Part shown: one piece after another, positions 56,098-64,000 of the stretch
Layout: each line of letters opens with the position of its first letter
Numbering within the stretch: the first letter of the stretch is position 1
Virus record (IMG/VR): IMGVR_UViG_3300001097_000004
Location: 10,664-74,663 of that record
Direction: 5' to 3' (one strand)
Length of the DNA: 64,000 nt
DNA from: a virus
Notes under the pieces: generated by a model
The model's input: the letters and a program-made list of their open reading frames with translations, nothing else
What the model was told of the DNA's origin: nothing
Databases searched by the model: none
Made by a program: the position numbers and the translations under genes

Positions 56098-57032
56098 TTG
56101 TCCTTGTCCTTGTCCTTGTTCTTTTTCACTTCTACAATTACAGGCTCTTCTTCAACAACTTCGGCATCAACCACATCTTCATCCTCCGTGGAGTGCCCCA
56201 TCATTCGAGACTCAATCTCGGCACGGTCAGTGTGCCCCTGCTTCAGCTGGTCCAATCTGTTCTTCAATAGCTCAGCAGCAGGGAGCATCACCGTTACGTT
56301 AGTATCGATCTCCACACCACCACGGATACCGGCACGGTCAAGAAGCTCTCTCGCCGCTCCGAGACGTACGGGTTCGGAGGTCGCGTTGCTTAGGAGGTCT
56401 TCGAGTTCTTCAACCGCTGAACTCGCCGCGCTCTGAATTCTGTTACGCGCACGCGCCAGGTGTCCGGCCTGTTCGTCCTCGCCATACTGACGGTTGGACT
56501 GGTGGACACGACAGAAGGTTCCATAGTCGGCAGTACCGTTGAACCAATTCTCGCAACGGTGCTTGTCAATGCGCTTAGCCGTGCACCGTCCGGGCGCGGA
56601 CTTGATAGCAGGCCGGAAGTTGGGGTTGCCTCGCTTCTGACGTTCCTCCTGGACTACGAGCCAGTGGTTCGTGGCTGCGATCACCCAAGCAGGGACCAAA
56701 AGGTCTGAGGCAGGCTCAACTAGGAGAGCCACGCCGGTCAGCCAGTCGGAGTCGATGTTCCGGTCGTCGGATAGGATCGCGGACTTGTTTTGGGCGAGAG
56801 CGTGAGTACGCATCTCAGAAGTGATGACCTGAATGTAGGGGGTGATACGGCCCGAGTTGTCGTAGACCGGGAGGTAACGTGCGGCAAACTCACGGATGAT
56901 TCGGCGGTTCTCGGCAGAGTCAACACAGGTGCCTTTCTCGACTTCTTCGATCCCCCACTCCGAAAGATTCGGTAGCAGGGAGAGCGGGGCATCAATCGAA
57001 AGGGCCGTCTCTGTGTCTGTAGTGTTCTCCAT
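56094..57032 (-). CDS. Terminase-small-subunit-like protein
   Basis: RC.A.....RC......C..H finger followed by A..AV..L..LL..A.SE.VRL.AA.ELLDRAG and an acidic VDAEVVE tail. Confidence 0.5.
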   Translation of the reverse strand: MENTTDTETALSIDAPLSLLPNLSEWGIEEVEKGTCVDSAENRRIIREFAARYLPVYDNSGRITPYIQVITSEMRTHALAQNKSAILSDDRNIDSDWLTGVALLVEPASDLLVPAWVIAATNHWLVVQEERQKRGNPNFRPAIKSAPGRCTAKRIDKHRCENWFNGTADYGTFCRVHQSNRQYGEDEQAGHLARARNRIQSAASSAVEELEDLLSNATSEPVRLGAARELLDRAGIRGGVEIDTNVTVMLPAAELLKNRLDQLKQGHTDRAEIESRMMGHSTEDEDVVDAEVVEEEPVIVEVKKNKDKDKDK

Positions 57033-57148
57033 TCGTACACTGTCTCACACTATGAACCGTGTGCTCAGGAGCCGCGAAACGAGGTAGGTGTCAACTTCTC
57101 TATTCTAGGCCTTGATTTCCCGGGGTTTTTCTAGTTGAACTAGAACAA

Positions 57149-57925
57149 CTAAAAAGTGACCGGAAGTAGTGCTTCGATACGGGCCTCATTCTTGGTGTCA
57201 CCGGACTCGTGGTATCGAATAATTACCTCTTCGAGATACCGGTTCAATGCCACGCCCCAAGTCAATCCGAAGTCTTGTGATTGTTGTCCTTTATGTGCTG
57301 CATAGGCCAACCACTCTGGTGCGTTGTATGGAGAGTCCGAGAGAAGTAGATCAGCTGATTTGTAGTTCTTGTCCGAATTGTGCTCAGGTAACGGGAACCC
57401 AGCAATCTCCAGTGCCGCTCCGATGAGGCACGAACCGCTGCCGTCTTCGTCTGTGTATCGGCAGTCCCGGATTACATGTTCGGTGCCTCTCCACTTGACC
57501 GCTTTGATGATCGCCTCTGTGAGGGCTTGTTCTGTAAGCTTGCTCATCTTAGACTCCCCCCAAAGCAAATTCTTTCTTATTGTGGTGAATGCCTCTTCGT
57601 ATCTGATCAGAGCTTCGCCCCAAGTACCGCCAGAATCCTGTACGCTTTGTGCCACTCCGGCAGCAGTGTGAACCCCGGGGTCGAACTTCACGTCTCCGGA
57701 GTCTTCGAGGGATACGATGTACGTGCTAATCGTCTTCCCCTCTGTGGGGAGCCCCAAACCAAGAATCTCGAACGTCACGCCCATGATGCAGGAGCCTACC
57801 TCACCGTCAAGGCTGTAGAAAACTCCTCCGGCTGCCGCTTCCTTATCATATCGGTAGTCCGCACCTCTACTCTCCACGGCCTGTCGTAGGGCGGCTGTGA
57901 ATTCGTCTTCTGTGATTTCTCTCAT
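57149..57925 (-). CDS. Tandem-duplicated-domain protein
   Basis: Two copies of Y...G..SC..G..L...G / Q..QD.G.TWG.AL. Confidence 0.8.
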   Translation of the reverse strand: MREITEDEFTAALRQAVESRGADYRYDKEAAAGGVFYSLDGEVGSCIMGVTFEILGLGLPTEGKTISTYIVSLEDSGDVKFDPGVHTAAGVAQSVQDSGGTWGEALIRYEEAFTTIRKNLLWGESKMSKLTEQALTEAIIKAVKWRGTEHVIRDCRYTDEDGSGSCLIGAALEIAGFPLPEHNSDKNYKSADLLLSDSPYNAPEWLAYAAHKGQQSQDFGLTWGVALNRYLEEVIIRYHESGDTKNEARIEALLPVTF

Positions 57926-57928
57926 GTC

Positions 57929-58273
57929 TTAGTTCTCCTCACCGCTCATAGCCCATGCCCATGCCTCGGCAGCACGGATGATTTTGTATGCCCCATCACG
58001 AACATCTCTGTCTGTGCCTTGGTAGCCGTCAGGGAAGTCAATGTAGTACCGCAGACCACCGAACTTCGACTTGATCTGGGCGATGTTGTACCCCGGGACC
58101 GCCTTCTCCAGTTCTGCATTCGTGAGGACCAGAATCGGATACCAAAGATCGCCCGCCCACTGCTCGATGTAGTACGCGTTGTTCTTCGGATTGTTCTTAA
58201 CAAATCCTGAGGTTGCCCGATACCCACTCTCTTCGGGGAACGGAGCTTCTGTATCTTCGTCGTTGTTGTTCAT
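57929..58273 (-). CDS. Conserved phage protein (QIKxKFGGLRYY motif)
   Basis: W..I...N..L, YNIAQIKSKFGGLRYY. Confidence 0.8.
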   Translation of the reverse strand: MNNNDEDTEAPFPEESGYRATSGFVKNNPKNNAYYIEQWAGDLWYPILVLTNAELEKAVPGYNIAQIKSKFGGLRYYIDFPDGYQGTDRDVRDGAYKIIRAAEAWAWAMSGEEN

Positions 58274-58282
58274 GTCTCTACT

Positions 58283-58681
58283 CTAGTACTTTTCTTTCTC
58301 GGTGTCAATAGTGTGCACTCCCATGAGTTGTGAGCGTTTGAATTTGGGGAGCCACAGAGCCAGAAGATCAAAAGCAATCTCGGCAACGTTTTCTTCTGTC
58401 CACATTGGTGTGCCGGGCGATACCGCGTGACGGTAGAGCCACGTACCGTGAATCTCAAATCCACTCCCCCTGCGCATGATCTGTGGAGTCACACAGTGAT
58501 CTCTCTTCTTGAGTACGTCCAGACGCGCCCTCGACTCCTCGTCAGTGAGGCCGCGGTTAGTATCTCCGGAGAGCGGCGTTTCCATGGTTGGCTTCACAAT
58601 CTCAATCGCTTCTGACGTGAGCAGCCACAGGAATCCTTCGGGCAGCTTAGGCAAGCTCGCAAACATTTCGTTTCTGTGCAT
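58283..58681 (-). CDS. Hypothetical protein, paralog of 58683-59189
   Basis: LPKLPEGFLW...LMG. Confidence 0.75.
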   Translation of the reverse strand: MHRNEMFASLPKLPEGFLWLLTSEAIEIVKPTMETPLSGDTNRGLTDEESRARLDVLKKRDHCVTPQIMRRGSGFEIHGTWLYRHAVSPGTPMWTEENVAEIAFDLLALWLPKFKRSQLMGVHTIDTEKEKY

Positions 58682-58682
58682 C

Positions 58683-59189
58683 TCAATCGTCCTCTGGGCC
58701 GTGCAGTACGTTCGGCGGATATAGGCCCATCAAATCCAAGGTTTCACGAGTCTGTGTGAACGCCTTGTAGGTCTTCTCTGCACGTTTAATAATGTTGGTC
58801 CGCGAGATCATCTCTGCGTGATCGTTTCTGCCGTAGGCCTCATGGCCGTGCGCGTCATAAACAACATCACCGTTCGGGTCGTTGAAGATCAATCTATCTT
58901 GGAGATATACCACTTTGAATTGCTCAACGACTGAACTCTTGAATAACAAAAAGCCGTAGCCTGGGATCGTCACTGGCAGGACTCGGGCTTCATAGCCTTC
59001 GGACTCTATCACACGCTTGTACTCGTCAGCTTTGTCCCTCGTGTCTACTGATCCACGAAACTGTGCGGCCCTCTTCCAGTCCGTGTTCATTTCACTGATA
59101 TGGATAGAGTACTTGTTGACTCTCCATCGAAAGTTCTCTGGGAGTTCCGGGAGTCCGGTAGTCGGGTTCAGATGTGTGTCGTTTGTCAT
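58683..59189 (-). CDS. Hypothetical protein
   Basis: LPELPENFRW...LMGLYPP; leaderless promoter. Confidence 0.8.
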   Translation of the reverse strand: MTNDTHLNPTTGLPELPENFRWRVNKYSIHISEMNTDWKRAAQFRGSVDTRDKADEYKRVIESEGYEARVLPVTIPGYGFLLFKSSVVEQFKVVYLQDRLIFNDPNGDVVYDAHGHEAYGRNDHAEMISRTNIIKRAEKTYKAFTQTRETLDLMGLYPPNVLHGPEDD

Positions 59190-59213
59190 ACCTTCAGTTT
59201 AGACTCTCAAAGT

Positions 59214-59858
59214 CTATTTGTCAAGCATCCAATCCCAGTCCCCGGCATTGACGTGTGCGTTCAGCCAGGAGAGCGGGTTCACTGCCCTACCGTTGATGTG
59301 CACTTCAAAGTGTAGGTGTGCCCCTGTAGACTTACCCGTTGATCCGACTCGTCCTAGATGGGTGCCCAGTGCAATCTCTTGCCCGGCTGATACCGCCACC
59401 GACCCCGCAATCATATGCGCATAGACCGTGCGTACTGTTGCACCGTTGATGGTGTGCCCCATTGTGACCGCGTAACCATACGATCCGTCCACCCCCGCCT
59501 TCAGCACTACGCCTTTAGCTGCCGAGGCTACAGATGTCCCGGCCCCCGGTAAGAAGTCGATACCTCTGTGCGTTCCTCCTCGTGCACCGAAACCGTCCGA
59601 CTGCTTTCTACTGTTGCCGTAAGTCGGCCACCCAACTGCGGAGACCTGCTCCACCGTATACGTAGCCCTCACCAATGGTTCAGCTGTGTAGGACACAACT
59701 TCTAGTCTTTGGAGTTGGGCTTGTTCTGCAACACGCTCCACACCCCCTTGTGCCTCAGCCCCGAGAGCCGACCACACCGGCACTGAGCCGAATGTTAGTG
59801 CGACTCCGATGACCATAAATGATCGCAGAGTTTTGCTGCGTTGTGAACGTAGTGCCAT
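59214..59858 (-). CDS. Secreted M23 family peptidase
   Basis: Signal-peptide-like N-terminus; HRGIDF, YAHM, G.TG.STGAHLHFEV, VNP. Confidence 0.9.
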   Translation of the reverse strand: MALRSQRSKTLRSFMVIGVALTFGSVPVWSALGAEAQGGVERVAEQAQLQRLEVVSYTAEPLVRATYTVEQVSAVGWPTYGNSRKQSDGFGARGGTHRGIDFLPGAGTSVASAAKGVVLKAGVDGSYGYAVTMGHTINGATVRTVYAHMIAGSVAVSAGQEIALGTHLGRVGSTGKSTGAHLHFEVHINGRAVNPLSWLNAHVNAGDWDWMLDK

Positions 59859-59868
59859 CGGTCTGAAC

Positions 59869-60210
59869 CTACTTCTCTCCGGCGAAGATGTCTACCGCCG
59901 TGTCTCTACGTCGCATAGCTTTGAAGTCGCCTACGGCAATGAAGTTCAACAGGACGGCTCGGAATGAGAGTACGAATCCGAATGAGGTGGCCAGAATTAC
60001 GGGCATCACCAGCATTGATCCGTTGCCGAAGAATACGGCCCAGACCCAGGTTCCGGTAAACACAGACGTAAACGCCACAGCCAACCATGCTCCAACTCGA
60101 TGCTGTCTGATCATCTCAGATGCGTCCGGAAACTCGGGCTTTATGGGTGCCGGAGCACTTTTTTCAGGTACTGTAACTTCTACCTCAATGTTGGTATCTG
60201 ATTTGCTCAT
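59869..60210 (-). CDS. Two-TM membrane protein
   Basis: Two hydrophobic helices; TAGAGT-N6-ATG. Confidence 0.75.
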   Translation of the reverse strand: MSKSDTNIEVEVTVPEKSAPAPIKPEFPDASEMIRQHRVGAWLAVAFTSVFTGTWVWAVFFGNGSMLVMPVILATSFGFVLSFRAVLLNFIAVGDFKAMRRRDTAVDIFAGEK

Positions 60211-60242
60211 CTAAATACTCTAACACAGCCCGGTAAAAACAA

Positions 60243-60339
60243 CAAGAAGGCCCTGAGGAGTTCCCAACCACAAGAACTCAACTCAGGGCCTACCCATTAG
60301 GAGATCAAGGGGAGCCTATCAGGTCTCCCCCGTCATGCA
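60243..60339 (-). ncRNA. Candidate small RNA with two hairpins
   Basis: Promoter TTGCAG-N17-TAGAGT (60346-60374); only a 5-codon ORF; hairpins 60309-60330 and 60248-60291 followed by a U-rich tail. Confidence 0.5.
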
Positions 60340-60380
60340 AGTACTACTCTATCAGACCCGAACAGGAACTGCAAGCCTTT

Positions 60381-60638
60381 TCAGGAATCTTTTTCGTGGT
60401 TCCTTTTTCCGGGGTTGTCCTTGTTGATTTTGAAGCGTTCCCAGTGATTTCGTCTGCTGCGCCGACACTTGCTGCATCGACAGTCGGGGTACATATCCGC
60501 TTTTCCGCTGTTGCATGGTCGGCAACTGGGGATTCTGTTTTCTCGGGAATCGATACCCCCAAGAGCACGAGGCACGATATGGTCAATTGTTCGTGTCACT
60601 ACAGACAAGCTACAAAGGCAGCAAGCTAGTAGTGGCAC
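60381..60638 (-). CDS. HNH endonuclease
   Basis: C.LC, TIDHIVPRALGG.D..N...CRPCN..K. Confidence 0.85.
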   Translation of the reverse strand: MPLLACCLCSLSVVTRTIDHIVPRALGGIDSRENRIPSCRPCNSGKADMYPDCRCSKCRRSRRNHWERFKINKDNPGKRNHEKDS

Positions 60639-60751
60639 TCCCAGTCTCCGGTAACTAAACTACCGTTCGCCGTTCCTACTGTGTGTGCCACTTAATTCCT
60701 CCAATCCATCTGTCTCAGGTAGGCCTACCTCTGAGTCCGCTCGACAGGGGT

Positions 60752-61231
60752 CTAGAGACCATCCGTGCCGTACGCATCGCCGTTCTTTTTTAGGTCGTTC
60801 AGCATCTGCTTGAGCTTGTCTACGGACTCATGCTCTGGGCCCTCAATTGCGTCCGCGCCTTGCATCTCCGCTAAAGTCTCCATGTGCCTCGTCTGCGAGG
60901 TCATAACCCACATCTCAACTGTGGAAACCAGATCGATGTACGACATAGAGTTCACAGTTTGTGCATCCAACGGGCTTAGCATCGCCAGCTCTAACATCTG
61001 CTTCGAGATGATCATGGCCAAATTAGGCGGCACCAACCCCACGCGCAGGATCACATCGGCAGGAAACTCAAAGTACGAGATCGCCGGTCCCGAGAACTCG
61101 CCCATCTTCACGTCCACCTTCAGCGTTGAGTCGAGCAAGATCGAATCGATCTCACTGGCGCGATCCGATGATACACCTTCTTCAGAAGAAGAGGAAGATG
61201 AAGAGGAGCTATCGTTCTCTGAGTTATTCAT
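60752..61231 (-). CDS. Hypothetical protein
   Basis: 159 aa, Ser-rich N-terminus; -10 box 6 nt upstream. Confidence 0.75.
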   Translation of the reverse strand: MNNSENDSSSSSSSSSEEGVSSDRASEIDSILLDSTLKVDVKMGEFSGPAISYFEFPADVILRVGLVPPNLAMIISKQMLELAMLSPLDAQTVNSMSYIDLVSTVEMWVMTSQTRHMETLAEMQGADAIEGPEHESVDKLKQMLNDLKKNGDAYGTDGL

Positions 61232-61243
61232 ATCTATAGAGTA

Positions 61244-61783
61244 TCACGCCTCAGGTGTAGTGTCAACCTCAGCAGGAGCAACCCACAGAACTGAGCGATC
61301 CAGCTTAGCAATACAGTCCCCACAAAGTAGTTTGTTGATTTTTGCTGGCTTGTCGTCCTGTCGTCCGTCTTCTCGAAGAGGTACCGGAACAACACTCACG
61401 TCCTCACGCTTACACGCGAAGCATGACCAGTCCCCAGCTGGTGAGACCTCGATGTCCCGAGCCCTAGCTGTCACAATGCCTTGAAACAGTGCGTGCTTAG
61501 GACCTCGACCTGAGGTCTTGAACCTGAAGAGTCGTACGTCCGCGCACACCGCAGCCAACTCGAATCCCACACACGGGCACTCCTGTCGTCCCGGTCTGCA
61601 CCTATCAGTCCCTCGCTGTTCCCAGAGGACCGCGTTCGCACTGCCCGGCTTAGCCTTGGACGAGTGTGATCCCGCATTGTGTCCACACACGCAGACTTCA
61701 CGTACTGGCACTCTCTGCGACTTCTTCTTCTTGATTTCGGCTAGTACGTCTTCCGTATCAACATCGATGTTAAATTCTTTCAT
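61244..61783 (-). CDS. Cys-rich putative Zn-binding protein
   Basis: CVCGH...H, C....CPC..F, CFAC, CGDC. Confidence 0.75.
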   Translation of the reverse strand: MKEFNIDVDTEDVLAEIKKKKSQRVPVREVCVCGHNAGSHSSKAKPGSANAVLWEQRGTDRCRPGRQECPCVGFELAAVCADVRLFRFKTSGRGPKHALFQGIVTARARDIEVSPAGDWSCFACKREDVSVVPVPLREDGRQDDKPAKINKLLCGDCIAKLDRSVLWVAPAEVDTTPEA

Positions 61784-61834
61784 AACCTTATCCTATCATC
61801 TTTCCCCCCCAGAGCAACCCAAAACCAGAGAAAG

Positions 61835-62169
61835 TTATCCACAGGTAAACATAATAGTCTATGTATCTAGAATAGTGATTCAATTCCCCAGAGCTTCTAG
61901 AAAACCTTAACGTGAAATGTCAGCCTCGTTGCATAGTTAATTACTATTCTAGATATAAGAGTGTATACCACACTTTTTGGCCTCTTTACAAGTACCATAC
62001 AATACTCTAGAAGCTAGAAGCAATCTACCATACACCGTCCACACCGAACACACAAAGACAGTCACTTTCATAGCATTCATAGCGATCCGGTCCAGCCCTC
62101 ATTCATCACTATTATAATCGCCTTCCCAAGAACATTCATCACTATCATAACCGCAAAAAGTTATCCACA
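61835..62169 (+). promoter_or_regulatory. Two perfect DnaA boxes flanking an AT-rich spacer
   Basis: TTATCCACA at 61835-61843 and 62161-62169, both within AAAGTTATCCACAGG. Confidence 0.7.
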
Positions 62170-62218
62170 GGCAGATGGGTCGAAATTACCACTGTTAAGA
62201 GCCTGATCTGAACAAGAA

Positions 62219-62587
62219 TTAAAGCCCCGTCTCACTTACGACCGGGCTCGGATTTCGGATTTCGGATACCGGATACCGTAGAGAGTCCCCAGAGCGTCCC
62301 GCGAACAGCTTAAGGGTCCGTCCCTGGTCCTGAACAGACATCGATGCACCTGCGTCCACGTAGTGCTGCACGAATGCGCGACCGTCCGCGTCAATAACCT
62401 CAATCCGGGTTACGAGTGGCAGAAACTCTTGAGCACTAAGCGTGTCTGAGGTCTCAAGCCCTGCCCAGAAGGCTCCCACGATGAACGCGTCCCGCTTAGC
62501 GGAGACCACCGAGTTCGGAACGCCATCCTCCCAAGGATATTTCAGCTCCGCCTCAATGCTTACTGATTTGTTTGTATTTGATTTCAT
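62219..62587 (-). CDS. Hypothetical protein
   Basis: VTRIEVID..GRAFV...S.QD.GRTLKLF motif; leaderless promoter. Confidence 0.8.
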   Translation of the reverse strand: MKSNTNKSVSIEAELKYPWEDGVPNSVVSAKRDAFIVGAFWAGLETSDTLSAQEFLPLVTRIEVIDADGRAFVQHYVDAGASMSVQDQGRTLKLFAGRSGDSLRYPVSEIRNPSPVVSETGL

Positions 62588-62774
62588 GTCCCCAGTCTAC
62601 AGGGTATGATTCAAGATGTCAAGAGGAAGTTAAATGCCAGCGCGTACGTGGGGCTTAGACCACATTGTACGGACTCATTTACGCCATATCCTCTGAAGCA
62701 GCCGGAACGTCATAGCCACACGACTGAAGTTCTTTGAAGAACCCCTCCTTGACCGCGTGTCGGATGCCAGCTAC

Positions 62775-63296
62775 TTACTTACTTAGGTCAATAGAGAACT
62801 CTTGCAGTATAGTTCCAGGCGGCACGTGGAAGTCTAGCGCCTGCATGCGTAGGGACACCCACGGCCAAGGCGCGAGCCACCACGCAGAGGTAACTATTGA
62901 CCCTGTGTGCAGGGCCGGACCTGTGTCGTCCTCGAAGATACGCACGTTTGTAGGGCTGGCTGACGATAGGATATATCCCCCGTCCGGGTCCTGAGCAATA
63001 TAGTTGATCTGAACCTCTTCTCCCACTTGACCATAGATTAGAAAGAACGATCCGCTCACGGATGTATGGTTGGCCATAGCTTTCAAAGGCTCCACTTTGT
63101 CGTACGAGTGGTCTATCGGCGCACCGGTAGCGGCCACCGCGAGGATGAACCCTCCTAGAAGAGAGCCGAACACTGCTACAATCAGCAGTGCTCCCGGGTA
63201 CCACCCCCAAGAGTAATTACAAGAGTCATTCCACAGGTAAAACCACCATCCGAGTGTTGACAGTATCAGCACGGCCACAATTATCCAGAATATCAT
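62775..63296 (-). CDS. Membrane-anchored protein
   Basis: Two N-terminal TM helices, GSFFL..G; TTGACT-N17-TAGGCT-N6-ATG. Confidence 0.8.
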   Translation of the reverse strand: MIFWIIVAVLILSTLGWWFYLWNDSCNYSWGWYPGALLIVAVFGSLLGGFILAVAATGAPIDHSYDKVEPLKAMANHTSVSGSFFLIYGQVGEEVQINYIAQDPDGGYILSSASPTNVRIFEDDTGPALHTGSIVTSAWWLAPWPWVSLRMQALDFHVPPGTILQEFSIDLSK

Positions 63297-63533
63297 GTCT
63301 ACAGCCTACTCTACTAAACTCACTAAGTCAAGCGGGAGCGGCCCCACGCAGAGAAGGCAGAACTACAGCACATCCAAAACACTTCTCAGAACCCGTTCTG
63401 AGCTGAGCACGCCCACACAGGACGGCACCACCCAACACCTTGAGCACCACACCGCACGACCTCGCATTGCTAGACCTGTTCGATGACAGCAACGGAGAAA
63501 CCTACCTCCGCTACGTTGCCACCGGGGCACCGA

Positions 63534-64000
63534 TCAGGCACGAGCTTTTCGGTTCTTGAGCAGCAAAGAGAGACCCCCAAGCAACATCCCGGCACCCAGC
63601 AGTAAGAGCCCTATCCCTGCAATTAACCATCCAAGGCCGCCGAACAGGTGCGGTACAGAAACTCCTGTAACAAGTTTTTCCGGGGCAACCGTCGGGGGTG
63701 CGGTGGCAGAACCTTGCGTACTGGTGGTACCGTTCTGGCCGTCTCCGCCATCGTTGTTGGCTGCACCGTTCTGGGTGGCAGTCCCGTTCGTGCTGTTCTT
63801 ATCACTCTGACCTGCGGTCCCGGTTACACCGTTGGTCCCGTCAGAACCTTGCGTGCCGGTAGAGCCCGTGGCCCCGTCTGTGCCACCAAGCCCGTCCGCA
63901 CCGTCTTGGCCGGTCTTTCCGGTGGCCCCCTTCGCACCGTCTACACCGTCCTGTCCAGTGGCTCCGGTCGCTCCATCAGCGCCGTCTTCACCGTCAGTAC
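63534..64000 (-). CDS. Collagen-like protein with C-terminal cell-wall sorting-like signal (5' end outside window)
   Basis: About 20 Gly-X-Y triplets, then PEKLVTG, hydrophobic helix, KNRKARA*. Confidence 0.75.
   Translation of the reverse strand, partial: TDGEDGADGATGATGQDGVDGAKGATGKTGQDGADGLGGTDGATGSTGTQGSDGTNGVTGTAGQSDKNSTNGTATQNGAANNDGGDGQNGTTSTQGSATAPPTVAPEKLVTGVSVPHLFGGLGWLIAGIGLLLLGAGMLLGGLSLLLKNRKARA

Noticed and set aside
1-64000. Integrase, repressor or att site (prophage)
   Set aside because: None was recognised and no host genes are present in the window.

Overview
The window is part of a large lytic actinobacteriophage genome with siphovirus-type gene content and about 57% GC (estimated by eye); the promoters are of SigA type. 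It has three parts. (1) 1-34 kb is a minus-strand virion module: intein-bearing terminase, portal, a 3557-aa multi-domain 'polyvalent' protein (ADP-ribosyltransferase-like, HDxxGH, SF1 helicase and HipA/PI3K-like kinase domains), a 1547-aa capsid maturation protease, two capsid proteins (hexamer/pentamer type), major tail, connectors, tail chaperones, tape measure and a minor tail gene. (2) 34-51 kb begins with an AT-rich repeat block and continues as a highly modular early region. Dozens of small genes each have their own near-consensus promoter, most of them leaderless. The region also carries a dispersed 14-16 bp repeat (about 12 copies), fixed-spacing GACAC boxes, PafBC/RecA-NDp-like promoters, candidate small RNAs, and hairpin loops complementary to the shared 5' ends of early mRNAs. 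(3) 51-64 kb holds a MoxR AAA/vWA pair, cell-wall enzymes (a CHAP-like protein lacking the catalytic Cys, and a secreted M23 peptidase), a TerS-like gene, HNH, two perfect DnaA boxes in an AT-rich spacer, and a collagen-like protein with a cell-wall sorting signal. All functional calls come from motif recognition by eye; no database search was run.
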